This document shows, one piece after another, positions 10,791 to 19,867 of a stretch of DNA of 64,000 nt (the first letter of the stretch is position 1; each line of letters opens with the position of its first letter). Location: assembly GCA_965214095.1 (NCBI GenBank), contig OZ243938.1, positions 4,160,001-4,224,000 on the forward strand, read 5' to 3'. The translations under genes were made by a program, and so were the position numbers. This stretch comes from Candidatus Poribacteria bacterium. Lineage in GTDB: Bacteria; Poribacteria; WGA-4E; WGA-3G. The notes beneath the pieces were generated by a model. It was not told the DNA's origin, searched no databases, and saw only the letters and a program-made list of their open reading frames with translations.

Positions 10791-12374
10791 ATGTTTCTTC
10801 AACAAAACAGTGTATCTACACCTTATTTATCCTTAGAATCTCTACATCCTCACTGTCTACAAACTAAAAAGAACTATTACGCGATTGGTGTGACTACTGT
10901 TTTCCTTCTCGCTGGTGGTTTTGCTGCACTACACCATGAAATGTGGCGAGACGAAATACAGGCATGGCTTCTTGCAAGGGATAGTGCATCTATCCTTGAA
11001 CTCTTTGCAAACATGAAATATGAGGGGCATCCCGCCTTCTGGCATCTATGCCTAATGCCTCTCAGTAGAATCACTGTATCACCTATCATGATGCAAGTTT
11101 TTCATCTTCTGATTGCTGCTACAACTGTTTTCCTATTTACACGATTTGCACCGTTCAATAAGATTCAGAAATTTCTTTTCTCGTTTGGATACTTCGCACT
11201 CTACGAATATGCTATCGTTGCGAGAAATTATGCCATTGGTGTACTACTTATTACAATTTTCTGTGTTCTATATAAAAATCGTCATAGACGATTTGTGTGG
11301 ATAGGTGTTGTCCTGTTTCTACTGGCACATACAAGTGTGCATGCTTTAATTGTAACTATTGCAATTGGATTTGCCCTTTTATGTGAGTATCTCTATTTCT
11401 ACTGTTGTAAGGAAAAGGAATTATCTGAGAATGATCAACATATCTGGATAGGTTTTGTCCTTATCGGCATAGGTATATTGACTGCTGTGTTGCAACTCAA
11501 TCCACCATCGGATACGGGTTTCGCTGTCGGATGGCACTTTAAGTTTGGTATGCAACGTGTCAACAATATCACAAAAATCATCACACAAGCGATGTTCCCA
11601 CTACCAAGAGCAGGTATGGGTTTTTGGGGAAGTCATCTGCTCAACAAGTATGCATTGTTCCAGTTAATTCGTTTGCCGTTATGCTACCTTATCGTGTTAT
11701 GGTGTATACTTCGCTTCATAAAACGTCCCACTGCCCTACTCATCTATCTGGTCGCTACTGTTGGACTCCTTGCTTTTTTCTATGTCAAATATGGTGGTAG
11801 TATACGTCACCATGGATTTCTATTTTTTACATTCGTTTTGACGAGTTGGATATTTCACGATTGTCCAGAGATTAACTTACCATTTGATCGAGTATGTGTA
11901 ATCGCACAACGTTGTTTCAGTATTGTTTTTTCGTGCATCCTAATTTTTCATTATCTTGGGGGAATTACTGCAATTGCTATGGACTATCGCCATACTTTCT
12001 CTAACGGCAAAAGAACTGCTGAATATATCAAACAACAGGATATGCATGAGATGTTGATGGTTGGGGACACAGATTTCGCTGTCAGTACTGTCGTAGGATA
12101 CTTGGGCAAAAAGGAGGTCTACTATCCGAAAGGCAGCCGATTCGGCTCTTTTGTCAGATGGGATAAAGCACGAACACTTGGTGTTTCAAATGGGGACATT
12201 GTGGAGGTAAGCGAATTGTTAAGTACACAATATCATCAAGATGTGTTGATTATCATGAATCGCAAATTAGGTGAAGAGTTGGTAGAACAGTATCAACTCA
12301 CTCTAATAAGTTCCTTTACAGGTTCAACGATTGGAAATGAGGGTTTTCATCTATATGTATTCAAGGCTATTTAA
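10791..12374 (+). CDS. Polytopic membrane protein, GT-C glycosyltransferase-like
   Basis: HEMWRDE...YEGHPAFW and ARNY motifs with many TM segments. Confidence 0.7.
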   Translation: MFLQQNSVSTPYLSLESLHPHCLQTKKNYYAIGVTTVFLLAGGFAALHHEMWRDEIQAWLLARDSASILELFANMKYEGHPAFWHLCLMPLSRITVSPIMMQVFHLLIAATTVFLFTRFAPFNKIQKFLFSFGYFALYEYAIVARNYAIGVLLITIFCVLYKNRHRRFVWIGVVLFLLAHTSVHALIVTIAIGFALLCEYLYFYCCKEKELSENDQHIWIGFVLIGIGILTAVLQLNPPSDTGFAVGWHFKFGMQRVNNITKIITQAMFPLPRAGMGFWGSHLLNKYALFQLIRLPLCYLIVLWCILRFIKRPTALLIYLVATVGLLAFFYVKYGGSIRHHGFLFFTFVLTSWIFHDCPEINLPFDRVCVIAQRCFSIVFSCILIFHYLGGITAIAMDYRHTFSNGKRTAEYIKQQDMHEMLMVGDTDFAVSTVVGYLGKKEVYYPKGSRFGSFVRWDKARTLGVSNGDIVEVSELLSTQYHQDVLIIMNRKLGEELVEQYQLTLISSFTGSTIGNEGFHLYVFKAI

Positions 12375-12461
12375 CGCGTTGTGCTACGAGAAAAGACTGA
12401 ATCTTTTGTCCTGTCATTCTTGAATCCTGAAAATCCTGGTTCAGACAAGGAAGAACTCCAC

Positions 12462-12564
12462 TATAGTAGATTTTGAAATTACTTGAACATTCTGCATCGG
12501 CGAGGTTAGGAAACCTCGCCTACCGTTGGTCGAAAGTGTCAACTTATATTTATAATTCACTATA
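12462..12564. mobile_element. ~103-bp MITE with imperfect TATAGT..ACTATA termini enclosing one GTAG-REP hairpin
   Basis: TATAGTAGATTTTGAAAT ... GGCGAGGTTAGGAAACCTCGCCTAC ... ATTTATAATTCACTATA. Confidence 0.72.
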
Positions 12565-12615
12565 ATTGATGTCTATGATGCCAAAAACTTTACATACCCA
12601 TAAATGCGAATATAC

Positions 12616-12644
12616 TTGCAATTCTCATAAATATTTGATAAGAT
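12616..12644 (+). promoter_or_regulatory. Putative sigma70 promoter of the larA-like/ubiX/ubiA operon
   Basis: TTGCAA-17-TAAGAT, 33 bp upstream of the ATG. Confidence 0.45.
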
Positions 12645-12677
12645 ACGCTAAAAGTCATAATAAAAGGATGGAAAAGA

Positions 12678-13958
12678 ATGGCACTACCCAAAATGGTCCG
12701 AGTCAATCAACATTTTGACGCACCCGTACTTACCGACCTCCCTGCAGCTATTCATGCGGAATTAGAGAGTATCGGAACCATATCTATTATAAAACCAGGC
12801 GATACCGTTGCATTAACTGCAGGGAGTCGTGGTGTTGCCAACATTGCAACAGCAGTGAAGGCAATCGTTGATTATCTCAAGAAGATCGGTGCAAGACCCT
12901 TTGTCGTTCCAGCGATGGGGAGCCACGGTGGCGCAACTGCAGAAGGACAGCGTGCCGTATTAGAACATTACGGTATTACTCAAGAGACAGTAGGTGCCCC
13001 CGTCAAAGCGTCAATGGAGGTCGTGAAACTCGGTACATTACCACAAGCAGGATCAGACGATTTGCCTGTTTTCATGGATAAATATGCAGCACAAGCAGAC
13101 CATATTGTACCGATCAACCGTATAAAAGCACATACCGATTTCAACGGGTCTATTGAGAGTGGACTGATGAAAATGATGGTCATCGGTCTGGGAAAACAGC
13201 AGGGGGCAAACTACTATCACCGTGCTTTTTTCCAATACGGTTTTGAACATGTTATCACTGCTGTCGGTGGATTTATCCTTGACACGGGGAAGATTGCATT
13301 CGGTGTTGGACTCATTGAAAATGCGCATGAAGATACTGCTAAGGTTGTTGCTATTCCTGCTGCCAGACTTCTACAAACGGAACGTGAACTACTTGTTGAA
13401 TCAAAATCAATGATGGGCAAGTTACCTTTTGATGAATTGGATCTGCTTATTATAGACTGGACTGGAAAAAACATCAGTGGAACGGGCATGGATACGAATG
13501 TTATCGGTAGGATGATGCAGAATTTTGAACCTGAACCCATGAAACCTGCAATATTACGCATATTCGTCCGTGATCTGACTGAGGAGAGTGATGGTAACGC
13601 AACAGGTATTGGACTTGCAGATTTCACTACAACTCGATTGGTAGATAAAATTGATCGACACGCAACGTATATGAACGGAATTACTGCGCTTGGTCCACAA
13701 AAGTCAAAGATACCATTCTACTACGATACGGATCAAGAAGCCATTGAAGTTGCACTCAACACCATCGGTTTGACGAAGCCTGAGAATGCGCGTGTCATAC
13801 GGATTGAGAGTACATTAAGATTGACTGAACTTGATCTATCTGAAGCACTACTCCAAGATGCGAAGTTACATTCAAATCTTGAGGTAGTCGGTGAATTACA
13901 ACCTTTGGAATTTAATGAAAATGGTAACTTGTTGCCATTTGCTTTGGAGACGCACTAA
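12678..13958 (+). CDS. LarA-like (DUF2088/lactate racemase superfamily) protein
   Basis: TAGSRG, PAMGSHGGAT, NRIKAHT, GKNISGTGMDTN. Confidence 0.8.
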   Translation: MALPKMVRVNQHFDAPVLTDLPAAIHAELESIGTISIIKPGDTVALTAGSRGVANIATAVKAIVDYLKKIGARPFVVPAMGSHGGATAEGQRAVLEHYGITQETVGAPVKASMEVVKLGTLPQAGSDDLPVFMDKYAAQADHIVPINRIKAHTDFNGSIESGLMKMMVIGLGKQQGANYYHRAFFQYGFEHVITAVGGFILDTGKIAFGVGLIENAHEDTAKVVAIPAARLLQTERELLVESKSMMGKLPFDELDLLIIDWTGKNISGTGMDTNVIGRMMQNFEPEPMKPAILRIFVRDLTEESDGNATGIGLADFTTTRLVDKIDRHATYMNGITALGPQKSKIPFYYDTDQEAIEVALNTIGLTKPENARVIRIESTLRLTELDLSEALLQDAKLHSNLEVVGELQPLEFNENGNLLPFALETH

Positions 13959-14549
13959 TTGAAGCGACTGATTGTTGGTATAACAGGTGCAAGTGCAGTT
14001 GTGTATGGCGTGCGTCTTCTTGAAGTCCTTTCAAAACGCACAGATATAGAAGTACATCTGACTATCTCTAAGTCTGGGGCACGTGCTTTGTGGGAAGAAC
14101 TGAAGATTGAAATAGATATTGATAGCTTCAAGTTAGAATCGCTTATTGATACTACTTCCGATAACATTGTCTATCATCATGAATCTGATATCGGTGCATC
14201 CATTGCAAGTGGTTCTTTTCGCACAGAAGGAATGATTGTTGTACCGTGCAGTATGGGGACAGTGGCCTCAATTGCTGCAGGGATTTCACGCAATCTTATC
14301 CATCGTGCTGCGGATGTCTGCATCAAAGAGCGAAGGAAGCTTGTTATAGTGCCGCGCGAAACCCCACTCAGTTCCATCCACCTTGAAAACATGCTCAAAT
14401 TGTCACGTATTGGCGTGTGTGTCTTGCCAGCAATGCCAGGGTTTTATCATTTCCCCAAAACAGTTGATGACCAGATAAACTTTGTTGTAACAAAAATCTT
14501 AGATCAATTCGGTATAGAGGCTGGTCTAACCCAACGGTGGAAAGAATAG
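13959..14549 (+). CDS. ubiX: Flavin prenyltransferase UbiX
   Basis: GITGAS, ASGS, PCSMGT, RAADV, PRETP. Confidence 0.94.
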   Translation: MKRLIVGITGASAVVYGVRLLEVLSKRTDIEVHLTISKSGARALWEELKIEIDIDSFKLESLIDTTSDNIVYHHESDIGASIASGSFRTEGMIVVPCSMGTVASIAAGISRNLIHRAADVCIKERRKLVIVPRETPLSSIHLENMLKLSRIGVCVLPAMPGFYHFPKTVDDQINFVVTKILDQFGIEAGLTQRWKE

Positions 14550-14553
14550 GTCG

Positions 14554-15405
14554 TTGATGAAGAAACTAAGAATTATCCTTGAGATGATCAAATTTGAACA
14601 CACTGTATTTGCATTGCCGTTTGCAATTATGAGTGCGTTTATTGCATCGGGAGGCATTCCGGAACTATCAAAACTCGGATGGATTCTTGTTGCGATGGTT
14701 GGGGCGCGCAGTTGTGCAATGGCTTTCAACCGTCTTGCTGATGCAGAAATTGACAGCGAGAATCCGAGAACCGCGATGCGTGCAATACCAGCAGGATTAA
14801 TCACGAAAGCAGCGGTTTGGGTATTTACACTCGTCTCAGCAGGTTTGTTAGTGGTAGCTGCTTGGCGACTTAATCCACTTGCATTTGCATTGTCCCCCGT
14901 TGCTCTTGCAGTGATTATGGGGTATTCTTATACGAAAAGATTTACTTCGCTATCACATTTTTGGTTAGGACTTGCACTTTCAATTTCACCGGTCGGTGCG
15001 TGGATTGCTATCAAAGGACAATTTGATTTGACACCTATTGTTCTCTGTTGTGTTGTGTTACTTTGGACAGCAGGATTTGACATCATCTATGCATGCCAAG
15101 ATGTCAATTTTGACAAGAAACACGGACTGCATTCAATTCCCGCACGAATAGGTATCCGTTGGGCACTATGGCTTTCATCCGCACTACACATAATCGCTGT
15201 TGGACTACTGTTTTGCATACCTATTCTTACGGAGTTAGGTCTGTTTTACTATATTGGCGTGGGAATTGTCGTTTGTATATTTATCTATGAACATGCCATC
15301 GTCAAACCCCACGATCTGTCTCGGGTCAATCTCGCATTTTTCACATTGAATGGTATGATCAGTTTAGTATTGATGGCACTTTCAATTGCAGACATACTTA
15401 TATAG
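14554..15405 (+). CDS. UbiA-family polyprenyltransferase (MqnP-like)
   Basis: IKFEHTVFALPFA, NRLADAEIDSENPRT, GFDIIYACQD. Confidence 0.9.
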   Translation: MMKKLRIILEMIKFEHTVFALPFAIMSAFIASGGIPELSKLGWILVAMVGARSCAMAFNRLADAEIDSENPRTAMRAIPAGLITKAAVWVFTLVSAGLLVVAAWRLNPLAFALSPVALAVIMGYSYTKRFTSLSHFWLGLALSISPVGAWIAIKGQFDLTPIVLCCVVLLWTAGFDIIYACQDVNFDKKHGLHSIPARIGIRWALWLSSALHIIAVGLLFCIPILTELGLFYYIGVGIVVCIFIYEHAIVKPHDLSRVNLAFFTLNGMISLVLMALSIADILI

Positions 15406-15451
15406 TATAGTGTTGGAATTACACTTGCCTCATCATCGGAGGTTGGAACTC

Positions 15452-16273
15452 ATGAAACTATCACTCTCTGTCCGTGTTGCCGAAAACGCATCAAAAAAAG
15501 ATGCTACCCATACCTTTGTCCAACTAACAGAACTCGCAGCAAATCTCGGATACGAAGCGATGTGTATGCGTGCATCGCAGGTCGGTATCCACTCACCTTT
15601 GGAGCAAATCACTGCAGCACGCAAACAAGCAGATAAACACAACTTAACGATCTCAATGATTACAGGGGATTTTCCAGTTCCACTGAACAACGAACAGGGA
15701 CCCGATGGACTCCGAAATATAACACCTTATCTCGATCTAACCGAACTTCTTGGATCTGACCTAATCCGAATTGCGATGAAGGTTGAGGAAGACATTGTTT
15801 GGGCACAACGCGCATCTGATGAAGCAGCAGAACGTGGCATCCGACTTGCACATCAGTCGCATACACAGAGTCTATTTGAAACGGTAGATGGATCAATTGA
15901 TGTGCTAAAACGCGTTGGAAGAGACAACTTTGGTATTATTTATGAACCTGCCAACCTTGATCTCTGTGGACAAGAATATGGTGTTGAAACGTTGAAGAGG
16001 TTTTCACCCTATCTATTCAATGTATATCTCCAGAACCATATACGAAGACCAGAAGGGAAGACTGTGCTTTACACTTGGATTCACGGCAATGTTCCGCACG
16101 ACCCTATCCGTTTACAAGACGAAGGTGGTATTGATTATCCATTAGTGTTTCGCGGCTTAGAAGCAATTGGCTATGACGGTTATGTTACAGTACATCAAGC
16201 ATTCAGAGAGATAATGGAACCAGAAGATGCCGCTGAACAGAGTTATACCTATTTGAAACCATTTTGCACATAA
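15452..16273 (+). CDS. Sugar phosphate isomerase/epimerase (TIM barrel)
   Basis: Start MKLSLSVR behind GGAGG; YEPANL, GYDGYVTVH. Confidence 0.8.
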   Translation: MKLSLSVRVAENASKKDATHTFVQLTELAANLGYEAMCMRASQVGIHSPLEQITAARKQADKHNLTISMITGDFPVPLNNEQGPDGLRNITPYLDLTELLGSDLIRIAMKVEEDIVWAQRASDEAAERGIRLAHQSHTQSLFETVDGSIDVLKRVGRDNFGIIYEPANLDLCGQEYGVETLKRFSPYLFNVYLQNHIRRPEGKTVLYTWIHGNVPHDPIRLQDEGGIDYPLVFRGLEAIGYDGYVTVHQAFREIMEPEDAAEQSYTYLKPFCT

Positions 16274-16314
16274 TTGAACAACTAATCACATAATCGTCCA
16301 ATGAAAAATAATCT

Positions 16315-17829
16315 ATGAAAACACAACGTCCAAATATCATTATCATAACAACTGACCAGCAACGAACAGATACACTGAGTTGCTACGGTTCCGATTTCAC
16401 AGACACGCCACATCTTGATCAATTCGCATCTGAAGGTGTGTGTTTAGAAAGAGCATACTGTACGAATCCAGTATGTACTCCTGCCCGTGCATCAATCTTT
16501 ACCGGCAAGTATGTCAGCCGACATGGCGCGTGGAATGTAGGAATGAACGTGCCTGAAGACGAACCGATGATCTCACATCGGTTGTCTGAAGCAGGATATC
16601 GCACGCACTATATTGGCAAAGCACACTTCCAACCCTTTGGTGCATCCCCAGAACATTCAATGGAAACAAGGAATAACACCGAACGCTATCCTGATTTCAG
16701 TGGTCCTTACTACGGATTTGAAACTATTGAGTTGGCACTTGGTCATGCAACTTATGGAATCGCCGGACATTACGGTGAATGGGTGCGTTCACAAGTTTCA
16801 GCGGATGAGTTTGCGAGTTTTAGCAAAGCGAGACGACTTTCTGAAACAGGTTTTGGTGGCGGGGCACATGATTGGGATATACCATTAAAATATCACAATA
16901 GCGTGTGGACAGCAGATCGCACAATTGACTTTATAAACAGTCATAATAAAGATAAACCGTTTTTATTGGCAGTCGGATTTCAAGATCCACATCATCCGCA
17001 CTGCGTCCCAACAGAATTTGCGGAACGTGTTGATCCTTCGGAAGTACCACTACCAGACTTCGTTGAAGGTGAGTTGGATGACAAACCACCTCATTTCCTG
17101 GAAGCACGGTGTGGACAACTAAGCAAATCCAAAATCCGCGGTAAGTTTGCTATGGCAGGTCAGGGCGGTGGGGCAGATTTTCGTAAAGTGTCAGAGCACG
17201 ATGCACGTATGGGTAGAGCATATTACTACAATATGGTGAAGATTATTGATCAACAGATGGGACGAATCTTGAAATGTCTGGATGAGCGTGGATTAAGAGA
17301 AGATACACTTGTGGTATTCACTACAGACCACGGTGAACTGTTGGGAGACCACGGTCTCTGGATGAAAGGTCCCTTCCATTACGAGCAGCTTATCCGTGTC
17401 CCAACATTGATGAGGTATCCTGCAGCTATTCCATCGGGGCAACGCACAGCAGCACTATTCAGTCATGTAGATATTGTACCTACAATCCTTGCTGCTGCGG
17501 GTTTGCCTATTCCTGCGGATTCTGATGGTGTTGACGCACTGCCATTGCTCTCAGGAGAACAGAAGTCTGTTCGTGATTCATTGTTGATTGAATGTGTTGA
17601 TGACCCAAATGGATTGCGTCTTAAAACGATTGTAACTGATACGAGAAAATTAACTTGGTATTGTGGACATCCCTATGGCGAACTCTATGATTTGGAAAAT
17701 GACCCAGCGGAACGAATTAACCATTGGGATAACCCAGATTATGCAACTGAAAAAGCCAATCTTCTAAGACGCATTCTTGAAGGAATGGAACCACTTGAGA
17801 GGCGTGTAGAACGGTTTGCCTATGCGTAA
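16315..17829 (+). CDS. Sulfatase (formylglycine type)
   Basis: PNIIIITTDQQR, CTPAR motif, GKAH, TTDHG. Confidence 0.94.
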   Translation: MKTQRPNIIIITTDQQRTDTLSCYGSDFTDTPHLDQFASEGVCLERAYCTNPVCTPARASIFTGKYVSRHGAWNVGMNVPEDEPMISHRLSEAGYRTHYIGKAHFQPFGASPEHSMETRNNTERYPDFSGPYYGFETIELALGHATYGIAGHYGEWVRSQVSADEFASFSKARRLSETGFGGGAHDWDIPLKYHNSVWTADRTIDFINSHNKDKPFLLAVGFQDPHHPHCVPTEFAERVDPSEVPLPDFVEGELDDKPPHFLEARCGQLSKSKIRGKFAMAGQGGGADFRKVSEHDARMGRAYYYNMVKIIDQQMGRILKCLDERGLREDTLVVFTTDHGELLGDHGLWMKGPFHYEQLIRVPTLMRYPAAIPSGQRTAALFSHVDIVPTILAAAGLPIPADSDGVDALPLLSGEQKSVRDSLLIECVDDPNGLRLKTIVTDTRKLTWYCGHPYGELYDLENDPAERINHWDNPDYATEKANLLRRILEGMEPLERRVERFAYA

Positions 17830-17931
17830 AATAACGTGAGTTTGATAAATAAAATTTCTGTATTCTGTGTGGTAAGGAAACATCGCAATATGTGCCAATC
17901 GGGGATATTGATTTGTAATTTGTATCGTCTG

Positions 17932-18031
17932 AGTCCCGTAGGGACAATATGTTATAGCAAGAGGTTAACCACTTTGTCTTGAGTCCCGTAGGAACGGCAT
18001 AGAGAGATATATGTATCGTCCCTACGGGACT
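17932..18031. repeat. Cluster of three AGTCCCGTAGGGAC-type REP units (two direct, one inverted)
   Basis: Units at 17932, 17982 and inverted at 18018, between convergent genes. Confidence 0.75.
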
Positions 18032-18056
18032 GAAGAGTGTTAATGGAGTAAATCAA

Positions 18057-18665
18057 TCAAAATTCATACTTTACTGAAAAACTTGAAGTTTTTTCTAATG
18101 GTTGTCCATCAAAAGTAGATTTTGTGGTCATTTTAGATTTACTTATGACTTCGTCTGTGCTTGTGTCAATTAATTCAACTGTTAGATCATCATCAACACT
18201 GTTATCAAATTCTCCCTTCAGAATATATGTGATTCCTGATTTTACTTTCGCAGATAAATTTGTCGTGATTTGAAGGTCTTTTCTTACTCCATCAGGATAA
18301 GTGTCTGTCAGAACCAATACTGCCATGGTATGTTTGCCTGGGACAACGAATACTTCGTCTTTCGTGTTTTTTGTATTTTCGGTAAATTTCTTTCGCAAAG
18401 CTAACTTTCCGTTGATCCGTAATGCAAGCTGGTTTATTCTCTGAATCCACTGTTCATCTGTATCAATCTGAATTGTAGCCAGTTCAGATTCAGGTAAATT
18501 GGGTGTCAAATAACGATCATTCTGCATTACTGCTGTGCCACAACCTAAAATTGGTAAAGATAACAATGACACTACTAAGAGAATGGGAAGATGAAAACGT
18601 ATCATCCTATATCTTTTGATTGTACTGTTTAAATTATTGTATGGAAATTGCTGTGTATATTTCAT
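18057..18665 (-). CDS. Hypothetical lipoprotein
   Basis: Hydrophobic signal with lipobox ILGC. Confidence 0.65.
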   Translation of the reverse strand: MKYTQQFPYNNLNSTIKRYRMIRFHLPILLVVSLLSLPILGCGTAVMQNDRYLTPNLPESELATIQIDTDEQWIQRINQLALRINGKLALRKKFTENTKNTKDEVFVVPGKHTMAVLVLTDTYPDGVRKDLQITTNLSAKVKSGITYILKGEFDNSVDDDLTVELIDTSTDEVISKSKMTTKSTFDGQPLEKTSSFSVKYEF

Positions 18666-18699
18666 TGTCTATTCTCCTATAAATCTACGTTTATTACAT

Positions 18700-18836
18700 T
18701 ATAGTGAAATGTAAAATATGAGCACACTCCCCGGTAGATGCGGTTTACTAACCGCATCTATGAGACTGAACAAACACTGGTTCGGTTAGGAAACCGAACC
18801 TACCGTCGTGTGTAAATAATTATGGTTTTTACCATA
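18700..18836. mobile_element. ~137-bp MITE containing an inverted GTAG-REP doublet (copy 1)
   Basis: TATAGTGAAAT...GTAGATGCGGTTTACTAACCGCATC...GGTTCGGTTAGGAAACCGAACCTAC...TTTTACCATA; similar copies at 34005 and 55585. Confidence 0.82.
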
Positions 18837-18842
18837 AATTAA

Positions 18843-18871
18843 GTTATAACACCAAATCTATACGTTGTCAA
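18843..18871 (-). promoter_or_regulatory. Putative sigma70 promoter of the lipoprotein gene
   Basis: Minus strand TTGACA-17-TATAAC. Confidence 0.6.
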
Positions 18872-19235
18872 ACCAAATTTAATATGACACACTTTTCGAG
18901 TAATTAGGCAATTATCAGAACTGTTGATATTATCATATACGAACTTTTTTTACTGCGATTTGTCTATCTTGATTGATAAGGATATAAATATGACTTTAGA
19001 ATTGTATATGTATGGTCTAGTAACTATTAGAGAATACAGCAGATAAATTATTTCTTAAGTGTTTTAGTTGCATGATACAGTCATTGTAGGGTATCATTTA
19101 AATGGTTAATGAAATAGCATCTGTATATATTCAAATTTTAATTATTTAACAATTAATGGGATGATTAACATCCACATTATAAGTATGAAAATCGGAATGG
19201 AAGTCTATTCTGTAGATCTTTCATGATACTATTAG

Positions 19236-19844
19236 ATGAATATTGATACCCCGTCAAATCCAAATACTTTTGTGAAAAACCGCGTGAAGGAACTCTTTAT
19301 CGCACAAAGTGAAAGACCTGCAGCCCTTAAAGACATTAGCCTAACCCGTTTGTCTCCATTTCAGCGTGCCCTACTTGTCACAGATGGAACTGTCACTCGA
19401 TTTATAGAGGGATATCAACTCACCCCAGTCCAAGTTGTGCTGCTTTACCAAGCCAGACGAAAACTCCACAACAATCATAACTGGCTAGAAATGTCAACAG
19501 GTGGTAACATCATCGCTCGAGAAATTGTGCTTCAGTCCCCATCAACAGATAACCAAACACCAAAAATCCATGCCTATGCAGTATCTCAAATTGTTCATGA
19601 ACGACTGCCACAATCTGTTGTGAATGGATTGGATGCAGGTATTAATGGTCTGGGTGTGCTACTGCATCATAGCCAACTAGAAACGCGTCGGGACTTGCTT
19701 TGGTGGGGTGTAGAACGTGTAACAGGTCTACCAAGTACTATTGCATATTATGAGGGAACACCATTCTTGAGTCGGACATATAGAGTAGTAGCCGACAGAA
19801 AACCTTTGATGCTAATAACAGAGAAATTCCCACTTAATGTTTAA
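19236..19844 (+). CDS. Chorismate pyruvate-lyase family protein (DUF98/Rv2949c-like)
   Basis: QRALLVTDGTVT, REIVL, YAVS, ETRRD, SRTY...PLMLITEKFP. Confidence 0.82.
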   Translation: MNIDTPSNPNTFVKNRVKELFIAQSERPAALKDISLTRLSPFQRALLVTDGTVTRFIEGYQLTPVQVVLLYQARRKLHNNHNWLEMSTGGNIIAREIVLQSPSTDNQTPKIHAYAVSQIVHERLPQSVVNGLDAGINGLGVLLHHSQLETRRDLLWWGVERVTGLPSTIAYYEGTPFLSRTYRVVADRKPLMLITEKFPLNV

Positions 19845-19867
19845 TAATCAAAAGCAGAATGTAAAAA

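Noticed and set aside
12414-12448. AATCCTG-AAAATCCTGGTTCAGACAA short repeat
   Set aside because: Looks like a dispersed-repeat remnant, but only one clear copy is in the window, so it cannot be supported
17885-17898. TGGCAC..TTGC sigma54-like motif on the minus strand
   Set aside because: Spacer is 3 nt rather than 5, and no suitably oriented gene follows
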